A DNA stretch of 64,000 nucleotides from Chiloscyllium plagiosum (lineage: Eukaryota), in the NCBI RefSeq assembly GCF_004010195.1, contig NC_057719.1, forward strand, positions 79,345,678 through 79,409,677, read 5' to 3'. Positions within the stretch are counted from its first letter, which is position 1; each line of letters begins with the position of its first letter. Positions 26,430 through 38,320 of this stretch are shown piece by piece. Made by a program: the position numbers and the translations under genes. The notes beneath the pieces are model-generated. The model saw nothing but the letters and a program-made list of their open reading frames with translations, did not search any database and was not told the origin of the DNA.

Positions 26430-26797
26430 AGGCAATGACCTGGTGGTATTATCACTAGCCTGCTAATCCAAACTGGTAATCCATCCTGTTAATGTTCTGC
26501 GGACCCAGGTTCAAATCCTACTATGGTAGATATGGAATTTGAATTCAGTTTTAAAAAAAAATCTGGGAGTTGGGAGTCTATTGATGACCATGAATCCAAT
26601 ATCAATTGTTGGAAAAACCTTTCTAGTTCACTAATGCCCTTGAGGGAAGGAAACTACCATCTTTACCTGACCTGGCCTACATGTGATTCTGGATCCACAG
26701 TAATATTATTGACTCTCAACTACTTTTATTGGGATGGACAATAAATGCTAACCTATCCAGCGATGTCTTCATCCCAAGAATGAATTTTTTAAAAAAA
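26430..26797 (+). mobile_element. Second tRNA-derived SINE family sharing its 3' tail with the Zenon-like LINE
   Basis: tggtggtattatcact...ggttcaaatcc head; tail gggatggacaataaatgct...catcccaagaatgaa. Other copies at about 7450-7740, 11290-11525 (-), 36170-36480 and 61505-61640. Confidence 0.7.
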
Positions 26798-28677
26798 GAG
26801 GACCTTGAACATAGCCAGCACAGTTACAATGGGCCAAATGGCCTCTTCTGGGCTGATATTTTCCATGTTTTTCTAAAATGGAGGAGAGATGTGTGTTAAG
26901 AGAATGGTTTTACTCTGTGATTTAAAAGTTTGGAGTGAATCTACTCAGCAGTGTGAGAAATGTCTCCTCCTATGGAGAGCTAAATATGTCTCATAGTTTT
27001 TGGTACATTACATTCATGTTACACTAACTATCAACAATAGCTTGCCAGTCCTGGAACACTGACTCAGCCTTTGGAGAAGCCCAGCAAAGAAATGGAAGGT
27101 CCATATTTGTTGGTCAACCGAAAAGCTTCAGTCAGTGAAGTGTCGCTGAAGTCATATGATAAAATGTAGCAGGTGGTTTGTACAAAGCAAGATCCCACAT
27201 TGTGATAATGCCTAGAATCTATTTTAGCGGTTGGTAGCAAGATGGACATTGGTCAGCATGACACTGCTTTTCTTCACAGCAGTGCCTCGAGATCATGCAC
27301 ATCCAACTCCGAGCCACATCTGAAATACGTTACCTCTGGCAGTGCAATATTTTCCTGGTACTCCACTGGCAATTTTACCCTGAATTACAGTCTCTGGAGT
27401 AAGATTTGAACCTATTACCTTTTGACTCAGAGGCGCGACAGTGCTTTTCATGAGCCACAGTTGACTTGAGTGAGGAGTCAATGACTGAAATAAAAGCAGG
27501 TCGGCATACTGAGAGGTACATGAGCAAGAGCAGCAAATGTTCCTTGTCTTAACCATGAACTGTGAATCCTTGTGATACTGTGGTGACCTCCATGCATTTG
27601 CAAAGACACAAACACAATGGGATTGATTTAAGAGGGTGGGGGAACTGCCAGGGTCCATAGAACCCCTTGGTGAGTAGCAACCATTGGGGTTGCAGTGGGG
27701 TGGAGCTGCCTGTGGTTGAAGTGAATTCTGAGCTGTCAGACTGTTCCAGACATCCGTGTTTAAACATTAACACAATGTGGTGAACTGGTGCCCCAGAGAG
27801 ATGCAAATCATCCACAAACCCCAGGAAACCCCCCCTCAAGCAAGGTGCCTTACTGCAGAGGATATCAAATTTGATATTGTCCAGCCTTTGGCTGGCTGTG
27901 GGTTCTTTTTTGTCTTTTGTAAAATTAGTTGGAGCTTTATATTTCTTCCCATGATGGATTGCATACATATTGAAGTGGTTCAAGTTGGGTGAGATTGTAA
28001 TTTTACATTTGAACTGGGCCTCAATTTTGTCAAAATGTATGCTAGGCCTAGCCAGCTCCACAAGTAAAGTAGTGGGGGGGGGGGGGGGGGGAAGAGATTG
28101 GGAGGTGCATCAGTATCTACGAAGGATAGCTAATCTACAGGACTTCCAGGAGTCTTCAGGAATATTAGGTTCATCTCCATCTGGAGAAAAATCATAGGCG
28201 CCTTCTTAACAAAACAAAAATTAATTTATTTTTCAACGCATTTTCTTTTGTTTTGAGTTATGCCAACAATTCCTTCGAGGGTAATTAGAGATGGGCAACA
28301 AATGCTGTTTTTACCAGCAATGCTCCACATTTTGCGAACACTTTCCAAGAAAAATGCAAATATTGGAAAGGGGGGGGGAGGAGGAGGGGTGGAGATGCAG
28401 TGACAGACAAAAATCATCTCACTGGGTTATGAAGTGTAATCAACTAAGGGAAGTGCTCCATGGTGATGAACACTTTGGACAAGTGACGGCAAAGTCAGCG
28501 GGAGGCTGAGGTGGTCAGAGACGGGAGGTGGATTGGTGTCCAGGGATGTGCAGGCTATAGACCATGGGAAACACAGGGTTGCAGGGATAGTGTTGGGGTG
28601 TGGGGGGGTTGCGGGATGCTCTTCGGAGGGTCAGTGTGGACTCTATGGACTGTTTCCACATTGTAGGGATTCTATGA

Positions 28678-28935
28678 TAGGGTCATGAGGTGACTTCAAG
28701 TGCACATTGGCAAACATGAGTCGCTATTGGGATTGAACAACTGAAAGCCTCCTCAGCTATGGGGATCTGGTATCAATTGGATTTGAGCAGTTCATGGAGT
28801 ATTGGCTAGGGTCATGAGGTGACTTCAAGTGCACATTGGCAAACATGAGTCGCTATTGGGATTGAACGACTGAAAGCCTCCTCAGCTATTGGGATCTGGT
28901 ATCAATTGGATTTGAGCAGTTCATGGAGTATTGGC
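28678..28935. repeat. Tandem duplication, 129 bp x2
   Basis: Copies 28678-28806 and 28807-28935 differ at 2 positions. Confidence 0.95.
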
Positions 28936-30059
28936 TGATGACCTACCACCACTAATTTGGCTTTGAAGTAAAACTCACATTGGGTTGGGGTGTCATTGGT
29001 GTTTTACTAGGGAGGACAGGGGTCGATTTTAACCTCACTCTTACATGTAACAAAGTTGCAGTGGGCTCACATTAGGACTGGAAATCTCAATGCAGCCATT
29101 AATATCAGTGATGTAGCGGGTGCCATTTTGAAAGAAGGGCTCATGTCAGGTGCTCAAAGCAGCACCTGTTTCAGACTAGTTTTAACAGTGAAAGCAGGTT
29201 TCAGTGACTTTTAGGACACTAACATCATCTTGGGTATGAAATACTCTCCGCCTGTAAAGCGGATGTGAGGAGCGTCAGATCAGTCATGATCCTGTTGAAT
29301 GAAGGAGCAGGCTTGAAGGGCCAAATGGCCTACTTGTGTTCCTATGTCTTATCCTTTTTTTTTTGCGCTCGCTACTACACACATTCCAGGCAATGGAGGC
29401 ATGCCCAGTCGTGGTTTAAAAAAAAAATCAAATTTTCCTGATGATAGGTTTAAAAGACTTGGGTCATGTTTGTAAATTTTCCAGAAGGCTATGCGGTGTA
29501 ACTTCGCTTAGTCGTCTAAGTTTTGATAATTTCTGGCTCCTCCAAGTCAGAGAACTGATTTGCAGACTCCACTTTTCATGTTTGACAAGCTAACGTTTCC
29601 TTACACATTCGTGACTGCTTGCAAACAGAGCCTGGTGGGACAGTAATTTGTTGCCTCAGGGTCTCCAGTCACTCTCGGCACAATGCCCATTCGGCTTACC
29701 TGGCTAAGGGCAGTCCAGCTGTCATTTTTTAATATCTGCCTCAATCAGGCAGCGAGCTGCATTGGAAGACCTGTCCTGAGATTTGGAGGCCCAGTTCCTG
29801 CTCGATATTTCTCCCTTGGTGTTCGTTACGCAACACCTTGTTGTTCATGGATTTTACGCAGGTGTTATCTGTTTGATCTGAAATGAGCTGCTGCCTGTCG
29901 TATTTTTATTAAAAGCTGGTCAAAGAAGCAAATAATACTTTTGTATCTGACATTTTCAGATTTGCTCCTGAATACTAAGAAACCCCCTCAGAATAGGTAG
30001 CAAATGGGAGTGCTCTTCTGCAATTAACACAGGCATAAATGGCACAGAAAGAGGCTGTT

Positions 30060-30960
30060 TGACCTATTGAGTCCATGCACAGAATAGAAAACAACAGATT
30101 ATTGAATTGGAAAAGGATTGCAGAACTCTTGAGACACTGAGAGATCTGGAACAAGAATCATAGGAAGTTTGTGTTATTAGGAAATTAAATTAAATATTGC
30201 ATTTTTGCAATTTTGCTACAACTGTGTGGGGGTGTTGATGGGACCACATCTGAAGTACTATATGCAGTTTTGGTCTCCTTTAAATAAATAAGAGCATTAG
30301 AAGGAGTTCAGAGTGGTTTCGCTTGACTGGTACCTGGGATTAGTAGTGGGTCTGACCAGGAAACATTGCACAGGTTGGGGCTGTATTCTTTTGGAGCTTA
30401 GAATATTGAGGTGATCTTTACTGAAACATATAAGGTCCTGACTAGATGGTTGCTTCAGCGATGTTTCCCTTTCTGGGACAGCCCAGAACTCTGGGACAAA
30501 ACCAGAAATTTCTGGAAATTCTCTCAGCAGGTCTGGTAGTAGCCATGGGAAGAAAAAAGAGTTAATGTTTTAGGGTCCACTGATCCTCCTTCAGAACTAG
30601 TGTAAAACTGCTGAGGTTTTCCAGCAATTTCTGTATTTTGTTTCGGAATTCCAGCATCTACAGTTCTTTGGGATTTTTTTTTGGGGGGAGGGGAGACTGT
30701 GTGACATGGTTTAATAGTAAGGAGTCTCCCATTCAAGAGAGAGAGAGAGAGAGAGATGAGAAATATTTTCTGAGGATTGTAGGTCTTTAGAGCACACTTC
30801 CATAGAGAGCTGTGGAGGCAGGGTCACCGCTTATTTTTAAGACAGATGACTCCTTTTGCCAATCACGAATCTATGGTTATCAAGCGAAGGTGGGAGTTGA
30901 AGCCACAATCAGATCAGACGTGATCATATTAAATGGCACAATGGAGCTGAAGGGCAATTA
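30060..30960 (+). mobile_element. Decayed CR1 LINE 3' part with nested short element
   Basis: accacatctgaagtactatatgcagttttggtctcc (PHLEYCVQFWSP-like). Similar remnants at about 18850-19200 (-), 25810-26250 and 63670-64000. Confidence 0.65.
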
Positions 30961-31051
30961 CCACTAATTTGGATGATGGTATGCTGTCTCTCTGTAGAAT
31001 GAACAGTAGGTCCCATTTCCCCCTTTTTATCCTTGTAATTTGCAAATTTCA

Positions 31052-31480
31052 TAGATTCCCGACAGTATAAAAGAGGCCATTCAGTCCATCAAGTCTGCGC
31101 CAACCCTACGAAGAGCAGCTCACCCAGACTTCTCTCCATACCCCATCCATAGAGTCCTACAGCTCGGAGACAGGCCCTTTGGTCCAAACTGGTCCATGTC
31201 GACCAAGATGTCCCTCCATGTTAACCCTATTTCCCGGCACTTAGTCCACATCCTTCTAAACTTTTCCTATCCACGTATTTGTCCCTGTATTTCCCTTGTC
31301 TAATCCACCTAACCCACAAATCCCTGGACACTACGGACAATCTGTTTAACCTGCACGTCTTTGGACTGTGGGAGGAAACCGGGCCACCCAGACAAAATGC
31401 ACACAGACAATTTCCTGAGGGCGGAATGAAACCTGGGTCCCTGGCACTGTGAGGCAGCAGTGCTAACCACTGTGCTGCCC
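31052..31480 (-). mobile_element. HE1-like SINE interrupted by a CR1 3' fragment
   Basis: Tail at about 31052-31148, CR1 tail at about 31148-31282, then body and head to 31480. Confidence 0.7.
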
Positions 31481-31580
31481 TGGGAAAATTTATTTTCCCC
31501 TAAGTAGCCATCCTATTTCCTTTTCAGATTAGTTTTCAACAACTTTGCCTGGAGGCTGATGTTACTGGACTGCAGGAGAA

Positions 31581-31891
31581 TTAGATTGCTTACAGTATGG
31601 AAACAGGCCCTTCGGCCCAACAAGTCCACACCGACCCGCCGAAGCGCAACCCACCCATACCCCTACATTTACCTCTTCTTACCTAACACTACGGGCAATT
31701 TAGCATGGCCAATTCACCTGACTTGCACATCTTTTGGACTGTGGGAGGAAACCGGAGCACCCGGAGGAAACCCATGCAGACACGGGGAGAATGTGCAAAC
31801 TCCACACAGACAGTCGCCTGAGTCGGGAATTGAACCCGGGTCTCTGGCGCTGTGAGGCAGCAGTGCTAACCACTGTGCCACCGTGCCGCCC
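31581..31891 (-). mobile_element. HE1-like SINE, full length and young-looking (CpGs retained)
   Basis: Ends ccactgtgccaccgtgccgccc; closely resembles 23732-24045. Confidence 0.9.
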
Positions 31892-31954
31892 ATGGGAGAA
31901 GGTTCCCGTTCTCCCAGGACTACACATCTCTTGCTCTATATGAGGAAGAGGTAT

Positions 31955-32350
31955 CATCGCTCAATGGGTAGTGCACTCCCATCAGTGATTCCGAGAGTTA
32001 TGGGTTCAGTTCACACTTGAGACGCTTCAACATGTCATTTAAGCCAGCCCTGTCTGTACTATACTGAGAAAGAGCTGCTCTGTTGGAGAGATGATTTTTT
32101 TTTGCATAAACTCCGGTTTTATCAGTTCGGCTTAAGAGGATGTGGAAGAAGAGTGGGGATATTCAAACTGGTTTTGTGGATATTTATGCTTCAACCAGGT
32201 TATCTGGTCATTTTATTGCTTTGTGGGATCTTGCAGTGCTGGTGCCGAATTTCCTGCTTTATAAACAGTGCCTACGCTTCATTGGCCTTAAGGAGCTCTG
32301 GGAACCCCTGAGGCTGGGAAATGAAGAGCACAAAAGCAAAGCCTTTTCTT
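31955..32350 (+). mobile_element. Old Deu-domain SINE
   Basis: Same head, body and tail. Further decayed copies at about 130-430, 25030-25350 (-), 27130-27450 (-), 41740-42170, 42930-43280 and 51340-51690. Confidence 0.6.
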
Positions 32351-33204
32351 TCCAGGGTACGTCATTGTTGTGGTGCTGTGCCAGCAGGTATTGACCTAGC
32401 CTTTCTGCCCAGAAGGTTTTAGTTGCCCCCAGGAACTCATCCTTACCCTGGTTTACAAGAGATGTTCTAATTTGAAAGGGTGTCGAGGCTGCGGTACTGA
32501 GAAACTCTGCCCACTGGCAAGAGTTCCACGAAGTGGAGGATACAGATTTAATATTGTCAGAAGGAAAACCAGAGCAAGGGGAGAATTGTTTGTCACAGAC
32601 TTATGATTTGGAGCACGCTGCCTGAAAGCAAGTAAATTTCACAAATAAATTTGATAACTGTTTGAAATGGGGAAAATACACAGCCCCGATTGAATTAGAA
32701 CACCCCCTCAAAAGCTAGCACAAAAGGTTGAATAAGCTCCTTTTGTGGTGGAAGATCCCATGAGCATGTCAGGTAATCATTGAGGCTGGTTTAGTGGAGA
32801 GGTGCGTATAAGGGAACTAGCACAAAAGCACCTGAATAAATCAGCCCGAGACAGGCAGCATGGGTATCAGACTGAGAGTACAGACCTGTGACAGCCACAG
32901 GAATTTGCCTTCGCTTTCTTAATAGAAGGTACAAGAGAGAAAGTGATAAACCTTCCATTGGCACCAGATCGAGGCCAAAGTGGATTTGGGAACTTAGCCA
33001 ACAAAACCTCTCGAGTGCAGAGCGACTATTTCACTGGGCAGCTAGCCAAGTCTGACAGGAACTCAAAGGCACAGTAATAAGGCAGCAGTTTGGCAATAAT
33101 GTCAAATTCCAATGACTTGCACGTCAATCCAGATCCAGTCAGTGAGACAGAAATCAAGACACTTTTTTTGTGGATTGAGTTAATTAACTGAAACAAAAAC
33201 AGCA

Positions 33205-33410
33205 GTTGCTGGGAAAACTCAGCAGGTCTGTTAGCGTCTGTGAAGAGCAAGAAAAGTTATCTTTTTTTAGGTCCGGTAACCCTTTCTCAGAACTTGAAAC
33301 ATTAACTTTGATTTTTCTTCACAGATGCTGCCAGACTTGCTGAGCTTTTCCAACAACTTGTGTTTTTGTTTCTGATTTACAGCATCTGCAGTTCTTTTGT
33401 TTTTTATTTA
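33205..33410. mobile_element. Palindromic short element of a second Penelope-like family
   Basis: Arms gaaaactcagcaggtctgttagcgtctgtgaag / cttcacagatgctgccagacttgctgagcttttc. Relatives at about 2165-2220, 23265-23400, 30495-30670, 38795-38865, 40925-40975, 60005-60110 and 63130-63270. Confidence 0.6.
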
Positions 33411-33699
33411 GAGTTTATTAACTACTCAGTCTTAAAGCTCCTTCCAACCACCAATTCCATATCCTTTCCTTTTTAAATACACCCAGTCCATTAATTAATT
33501 AAACCATTAACCCCATAATGTGTTTAATTACTTGTACTAACAGATTACTCCTCTTCAAGCAAAATGTTTGAAGACACAGAAAACAATCTTTGATCAAACT
33601 TAATCAAAATTAAAATGATTTGTTTTCTGTATCTTACCTTTATTGTACCACTGATCAGTGACAAAATTCTTTTCTGCCTTCATATTCCATATAATGGGA

Positions 33700-35070
33700 T
33701 CAACTTTCAATATTCATCCTTTTTCTTAAAACTTAAGAAAATTATAACATGGTTAACCATAAGTGACCCAAACAAGAATTGATTTATTTTCATGTTATAA
33801 CTCCTCCTATCACCAGGTGTCCCTCTTTGAGGATCTCCAATGTTTTATTGGAGTAATCACCTTTTCTCAGTGAATCAGCCTGATAGCTGATGACTTGCAT
33901 GAACCCACTTTTTATTTTGGAAATCTGTTTTCTTTTCCAACAGTTCCTTCATGCTAATAAGGTCAATCCTCAACCTTCAGTTTTAGCAACATCCCATGTC
34001 AAATGTACATTGTTCCAAAGAGAAAATAACGGTAACATTCTATGGCAAGCTTTCCTTGGATTTCACTGAAGCTATTGGATGAATATAGCCCTGTATCGAC
34101 AAGTTCTATTGATACCAATATTCTAGAAGCCATTGTATTTTTAACAACCCCTTTTATTTTTATGGCATGCCAGATAATCTTTGGGGTTCTTCAACTCCAA
34201 TGTTGTGATAAGCACTCTGGATGTGAATAACCATCTGGAACGTTGACATGTCTAAACAGGGTTAGCTTTATATTTCCTGGGTCACCCAAGTCTTGAAATT
34301 TGAGTCTGCAGTTTATTTGAAGCTAGTTCTTTTGAACGTTTCATTTACTCTCAAGGCTCTGTCAACGACGCCATGTTTAATCAGAGTGCTCCGTTTCAAT
34401 ATGTCATAACTAGTATTGGATCTAATCTGAATCCACTATCTGTTTAAAGGTCCAAGCAAACTTCCCAATTGTTCTGCACACCAATAATTTGATTGCCCCA
34501 CTGTAAAATGATTGTCTTCTCATTACTATCGACGACCTTACCTCGACCTTTCCACTATGTCTGCCCTTTTCTTTTGTAACATACCATGTTTCCAGATTAA
34601 AAGTTATTTCTGCTTTTTGTTAGACTCTCAGACTTCTCTCTGAAACTTAATGTGTGGCCTTTCTCCCTGCATGCAGTGCTCAGAAAAAGTGGAGCTAATG
34701 GTAATCCCTTCTCAAGCTAGGGATGATCACTCATTACTGAAGGAATTCATGGATTTTCCCAAAAGACAGTTGATACAAACTATTGCCCCCCAACTAAATG
34801 CAGTGAGTTATTCATATAGGTGATCCATGCCACAGTAAAAGTTGGTTTATAAATAGGTTGGTCATCTAGGATTACATGAAGCAGCCTATCTATAACTATG
34901 TGATTTATTCCACACTCTTATTGTATTTGTTAGCACAACATTTATGTTTTCTCCCATATCCTTAAATTAATCATGGGCAAATTACCCCATTGTCAGTTAG
35001 CAATTTGGCCAGTGCTCCCAGTCCACTCGTATTCATTTCTCCATTACCTTAACCACTGTTACTCTTTCTC
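33700..35070 (-). mobile_element. Decayed LTR-retrotransposon pol fragment (integrase core and C-terminus)
   Basis: Minus-strand peptides SGLGALAKLLTDNG (about 35025-34985), YQLxFGxNP-like (about 34775-34750, frameshifted) and GNMVCYKRKGQT*WKGRGKVVDSNEKTIILQWGNQ (about 34590-34490). Confidence 0.65.
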
Positions 35071-35100
35071 CCATTGTGGTTTGGTCGTGCAGAGCTTGAA

Positions 35101-37712
35101 TATTGCTGAAAAGAGATGTTGTGTTGAAGCTTTTTGTCTTGTACTCATCAGGACATTTTGAAAGAATACCAGTGCAGCGGAGAACCTGTTATACTGCTGC
35201 ACTACTTACTGAATATCGTGCAAACTCATATACTGACCTAAAGACATCACATACATGCCTGAAAAGAGCCCAGACTACCTCCGTAATGGAAAGCATAAGA
35301 TATCTCAAAGATTTGAGTGACACATGGAGTTCATGTTGCTACCATGCAGCAATGTAAGTGGTACTCGTCACAACTGGGTTCAGCAGTCAAACCAAAGAAG
35401 ACTTTCATCCTATCACCTTTGATAAGAAATGTGTTATATGAATTTCAGTGCCAGTGTGATGCTAAATATTTACACTGTGTATTCCAAAGGTGGACAGAAT
35501 CTGTAAAGTAACATATCCTTTCAGCTTTTTGCAGCAGGCTGGGTACTGGCTGTTACCAGTCAGCTCAGATTTGCAAAACTCAGTGCAGTTTCCAGCATTT
35601 GATGTAGTTTCACACGGGGACAATATTTGCTCAGTAATTCTAAATATGTGAAGAATTGAACTGCAACCAATGGAGATTGTCAGTCAGGTTTGTAGTGTGG
35701 CACATATGCATATGCTGAAAGCTACATATATCAATGCACAGGGCCCTGTTCTTTGCAGGTAAAAGGATCATGTGAGCATACTGCACCTGGTTTGAACTCC
35801 ACCAAAAAGGCATTCTCTGCTGTATTTCCCAAGATCATGCCTTTACCAACCAAAGACAACTTGTCAAAGTTTAAAATTTTAAATAAAGCTTGACAATAGA
35901 CATGAGTAGGAGAAAGTGAGGACTGCAGATGCTGGAGATCAGAGTGGAGAGTGTGGTACTGGAAAAGCACAGCAGGTCAGGCAGCATCCGAGGAGGAGGG
36001 GAATAGACGTTTTGGACATAAGCCCTTCATCAGGAATGGATAGCAAAGATTTGGAGGGATATGGGCCAGGAGCAGGCAGGTGGGACTAGGTTGGTTTGGG
36101 ATTATGTTCGACGTGGACTGGTTGGACCGAAGGATCTGTTTCCATGCTGTATGATTCTAATTAATTTGGAAGTGATAGCCTAGTGTTATTATCACGAGAC
36201 CATTCATCCAGAAATTCAGCTAATGACTGGAGGACTTGGGTTTGAATTCCTCTCTGGCAGACAATGGAACCTGAATTCAATTTGTTTTTAAAAATCTGGA
36301 ATTAAGAATCTTCTGATGACCGTGAAGCTATTGTCGATTGTTGGAAAAATCTATCTGGTTCACTAATGTCCTTCTGGGAAGGAAATCTGCCATCCTTACC
36401 TGGTCTGGCCTACATGTAAATGCAGACCCATGGCTCTGGCTCTGACTCTGACTCTGAATTGACCCAGCAAGCCACTCAGTTGGTCGATTGTTGCGAAGTC
36501 TCCAAGAAGTGAAACCGGACACACCACTTGATATCGACTTAAGCACCAGAAGTGACAGTGGCACAAAGTGCAGTAACATCTAGTGCCAAACTTGGGAGAG
36601 CTGTCTGGTTAAAAACATTGGCCCGTTATACTCATGGAATCATTCCTTATGGACAATGTCCCAGACACCAGCATCACCATCCCTGGATATTTCCTGTCTC
36701 CCCGGCAGGACAGACCCAGTAGAGATGTGACACAGTGGTATACAGTTGGGAAGGAGTTGCCCTGAGAGTTGTCAACATTGACACCAGATCCCATCCCATA
36801 GCTTCAGGTTAAACGTGGACCCTGAACCCTTCTTCTGATGACCATGCAACCACCCTCCCTTCACTGATAAATCAGTACTCCTCCATGTCAAACAACACTT
36901 GGAGTTACCGCAGAGTGTACTCTGGGTGGGGGAGTTCAATGTCCATTACCAAGAATGGCTTGGCAGCTGGTTGGGCTTTAAAAGATATAGCTGCGGCAAC
37001 CAACAAGAGGGGAAAAACGTACTTGACCGTACTTGATCTGCCGGCTGCAGCTGTATCTATCCATGATAGTATTAGTAAGAGTGACTATCGCACAATCCTT
37101 GTGGGGTTGAAGTCCTGCCTTCACATTAAGAATGCCCTCCATCATGTTGTGTGGCACTATCACCATGCTAAATGGGACAGACTTCAAACAGATTGAGCAA
37201 CTCAAGACTGGACATTCATGAGGCGCTGTATATTGATAATTCTTAATCTCGCAAGGAATTAAAGGATACGGGGTGAGTGCAGGTAAGTGGCATTGAAATG
37301 TCCATCAGCCATGATTGAATGGCGGAGTGGACTTGATGGGCTGAATGGCCTTACGTCCACTCCTACGTCTTATGGTCTAACAACAGTAGCAGCATTGTAC
37401 TCCAGCATAATATGTAACCTTGTGGCCCGGCATATCCCCCACTCGACCATTACCACCAAGCTAGTGGATCAACTCTGGTTCAATGGAGAGTGCATGAGGA
37501 CATGCCAGGTACAGCACTAGGCAGGCCTAAAAATGAGATGTCAGCCTGGTGAAGCCACCAAACAAGGCTACTTACATATGAATAGCATAAGCAGCAAGTG
37601 ATAGACAAAGCTTATACACTATAAAGATTGATTACCCGTTGGTATTTCTTGCAAATTGTCCTTATGAGTGCAGGATGAAAAGCTTTGATGATCTATCTTT
37701 TTTTCAGCGATT
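35101..37712 (+). mobile_element. Old Penelope-like element with inverted termini and nested insertions
   Basis: Decayed GIY-YIG at about 35425-35770 (NVLYEFQCQCDAKY; ATYINAQGPVLCR). 35101-35175 and about 37637-37712 are imperfect inverted repeats. Confidence 0.7.
35908..36036 (-). mobile_element. Short Penelope-derived element with decayed hammerhead core
   Basis: Family sequence aggagaaagtgaggactgcagatgctggag...cccttcatcaggaa. Confidence 0.8.
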
Positions 37713-38029
37713 CTGTTGTTCTTTACTATATATTATTTAACATGTATTTAATTGCCCCCATTTCTACAAAGTGCATGGTTAAAATGATTTTTTACCTTGT
37801 CTCAGGTCTTCAATCCATTGCTCCAACTTTGACAAAGTCTCTTGAGATTTGGAGACATACTATGATGATGTCTTCCCATTTTACTTACTTATAAGATAAA
37901 GTCGCCACAATCCCTGAGGATCGTCTGTGGCTTTAGGTGGTTTAACCTGAGGGTCACCATGCCTTAGGTGAAGGGAGAGGTTGAGAAGGAGAGTCCTTCA
38001 TGGTAAACCTCAGCTGGAGCAGGAATTGG

Positions 38030-38320
38030 AGGTGGCACAGTGGTTAGCACTGCTGCCTCACAGCGCCAGGTACCCAGGTTCGATCACTGCCTCGGACAAC
38101 TGTCTGCGTGGAGTTTGCACGTTCTCCCAGTGTCTGCGTGGGTTTCCTCCCACGGTCCAAAGATGTGCAGGTCAGGTGAATTGGCCATGCTAAATTGCCC
38201 TTAGTGTTAGGTGCATTAGTTGGAGGGAAACGGGTCTGGGTGGGTTACTCTTCAGAGGGTCATTATGGACCTGTTCAGCCGAAGGGCCAGTTTCCAAACT
38301 GTAGGGAATCTAATCTAATC
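38030..38320 (+). mobile_element. HE1-like SINE
   Basis: Head ggtggcacagtggttagcac through tail aatctaatctaatc. Confidence 0.85.

Noticed and set aside
27549..28061. 170-aa minus ORF
   Set aside because: Non-ATG start and no convincing motif; may be a very old LINE remnant but I could not assign it.
31820..31891. tRNA-like A/B box sequences at SINE heads
   Set aside because: They continue into SINE bodies; not standalone tRNA genes.
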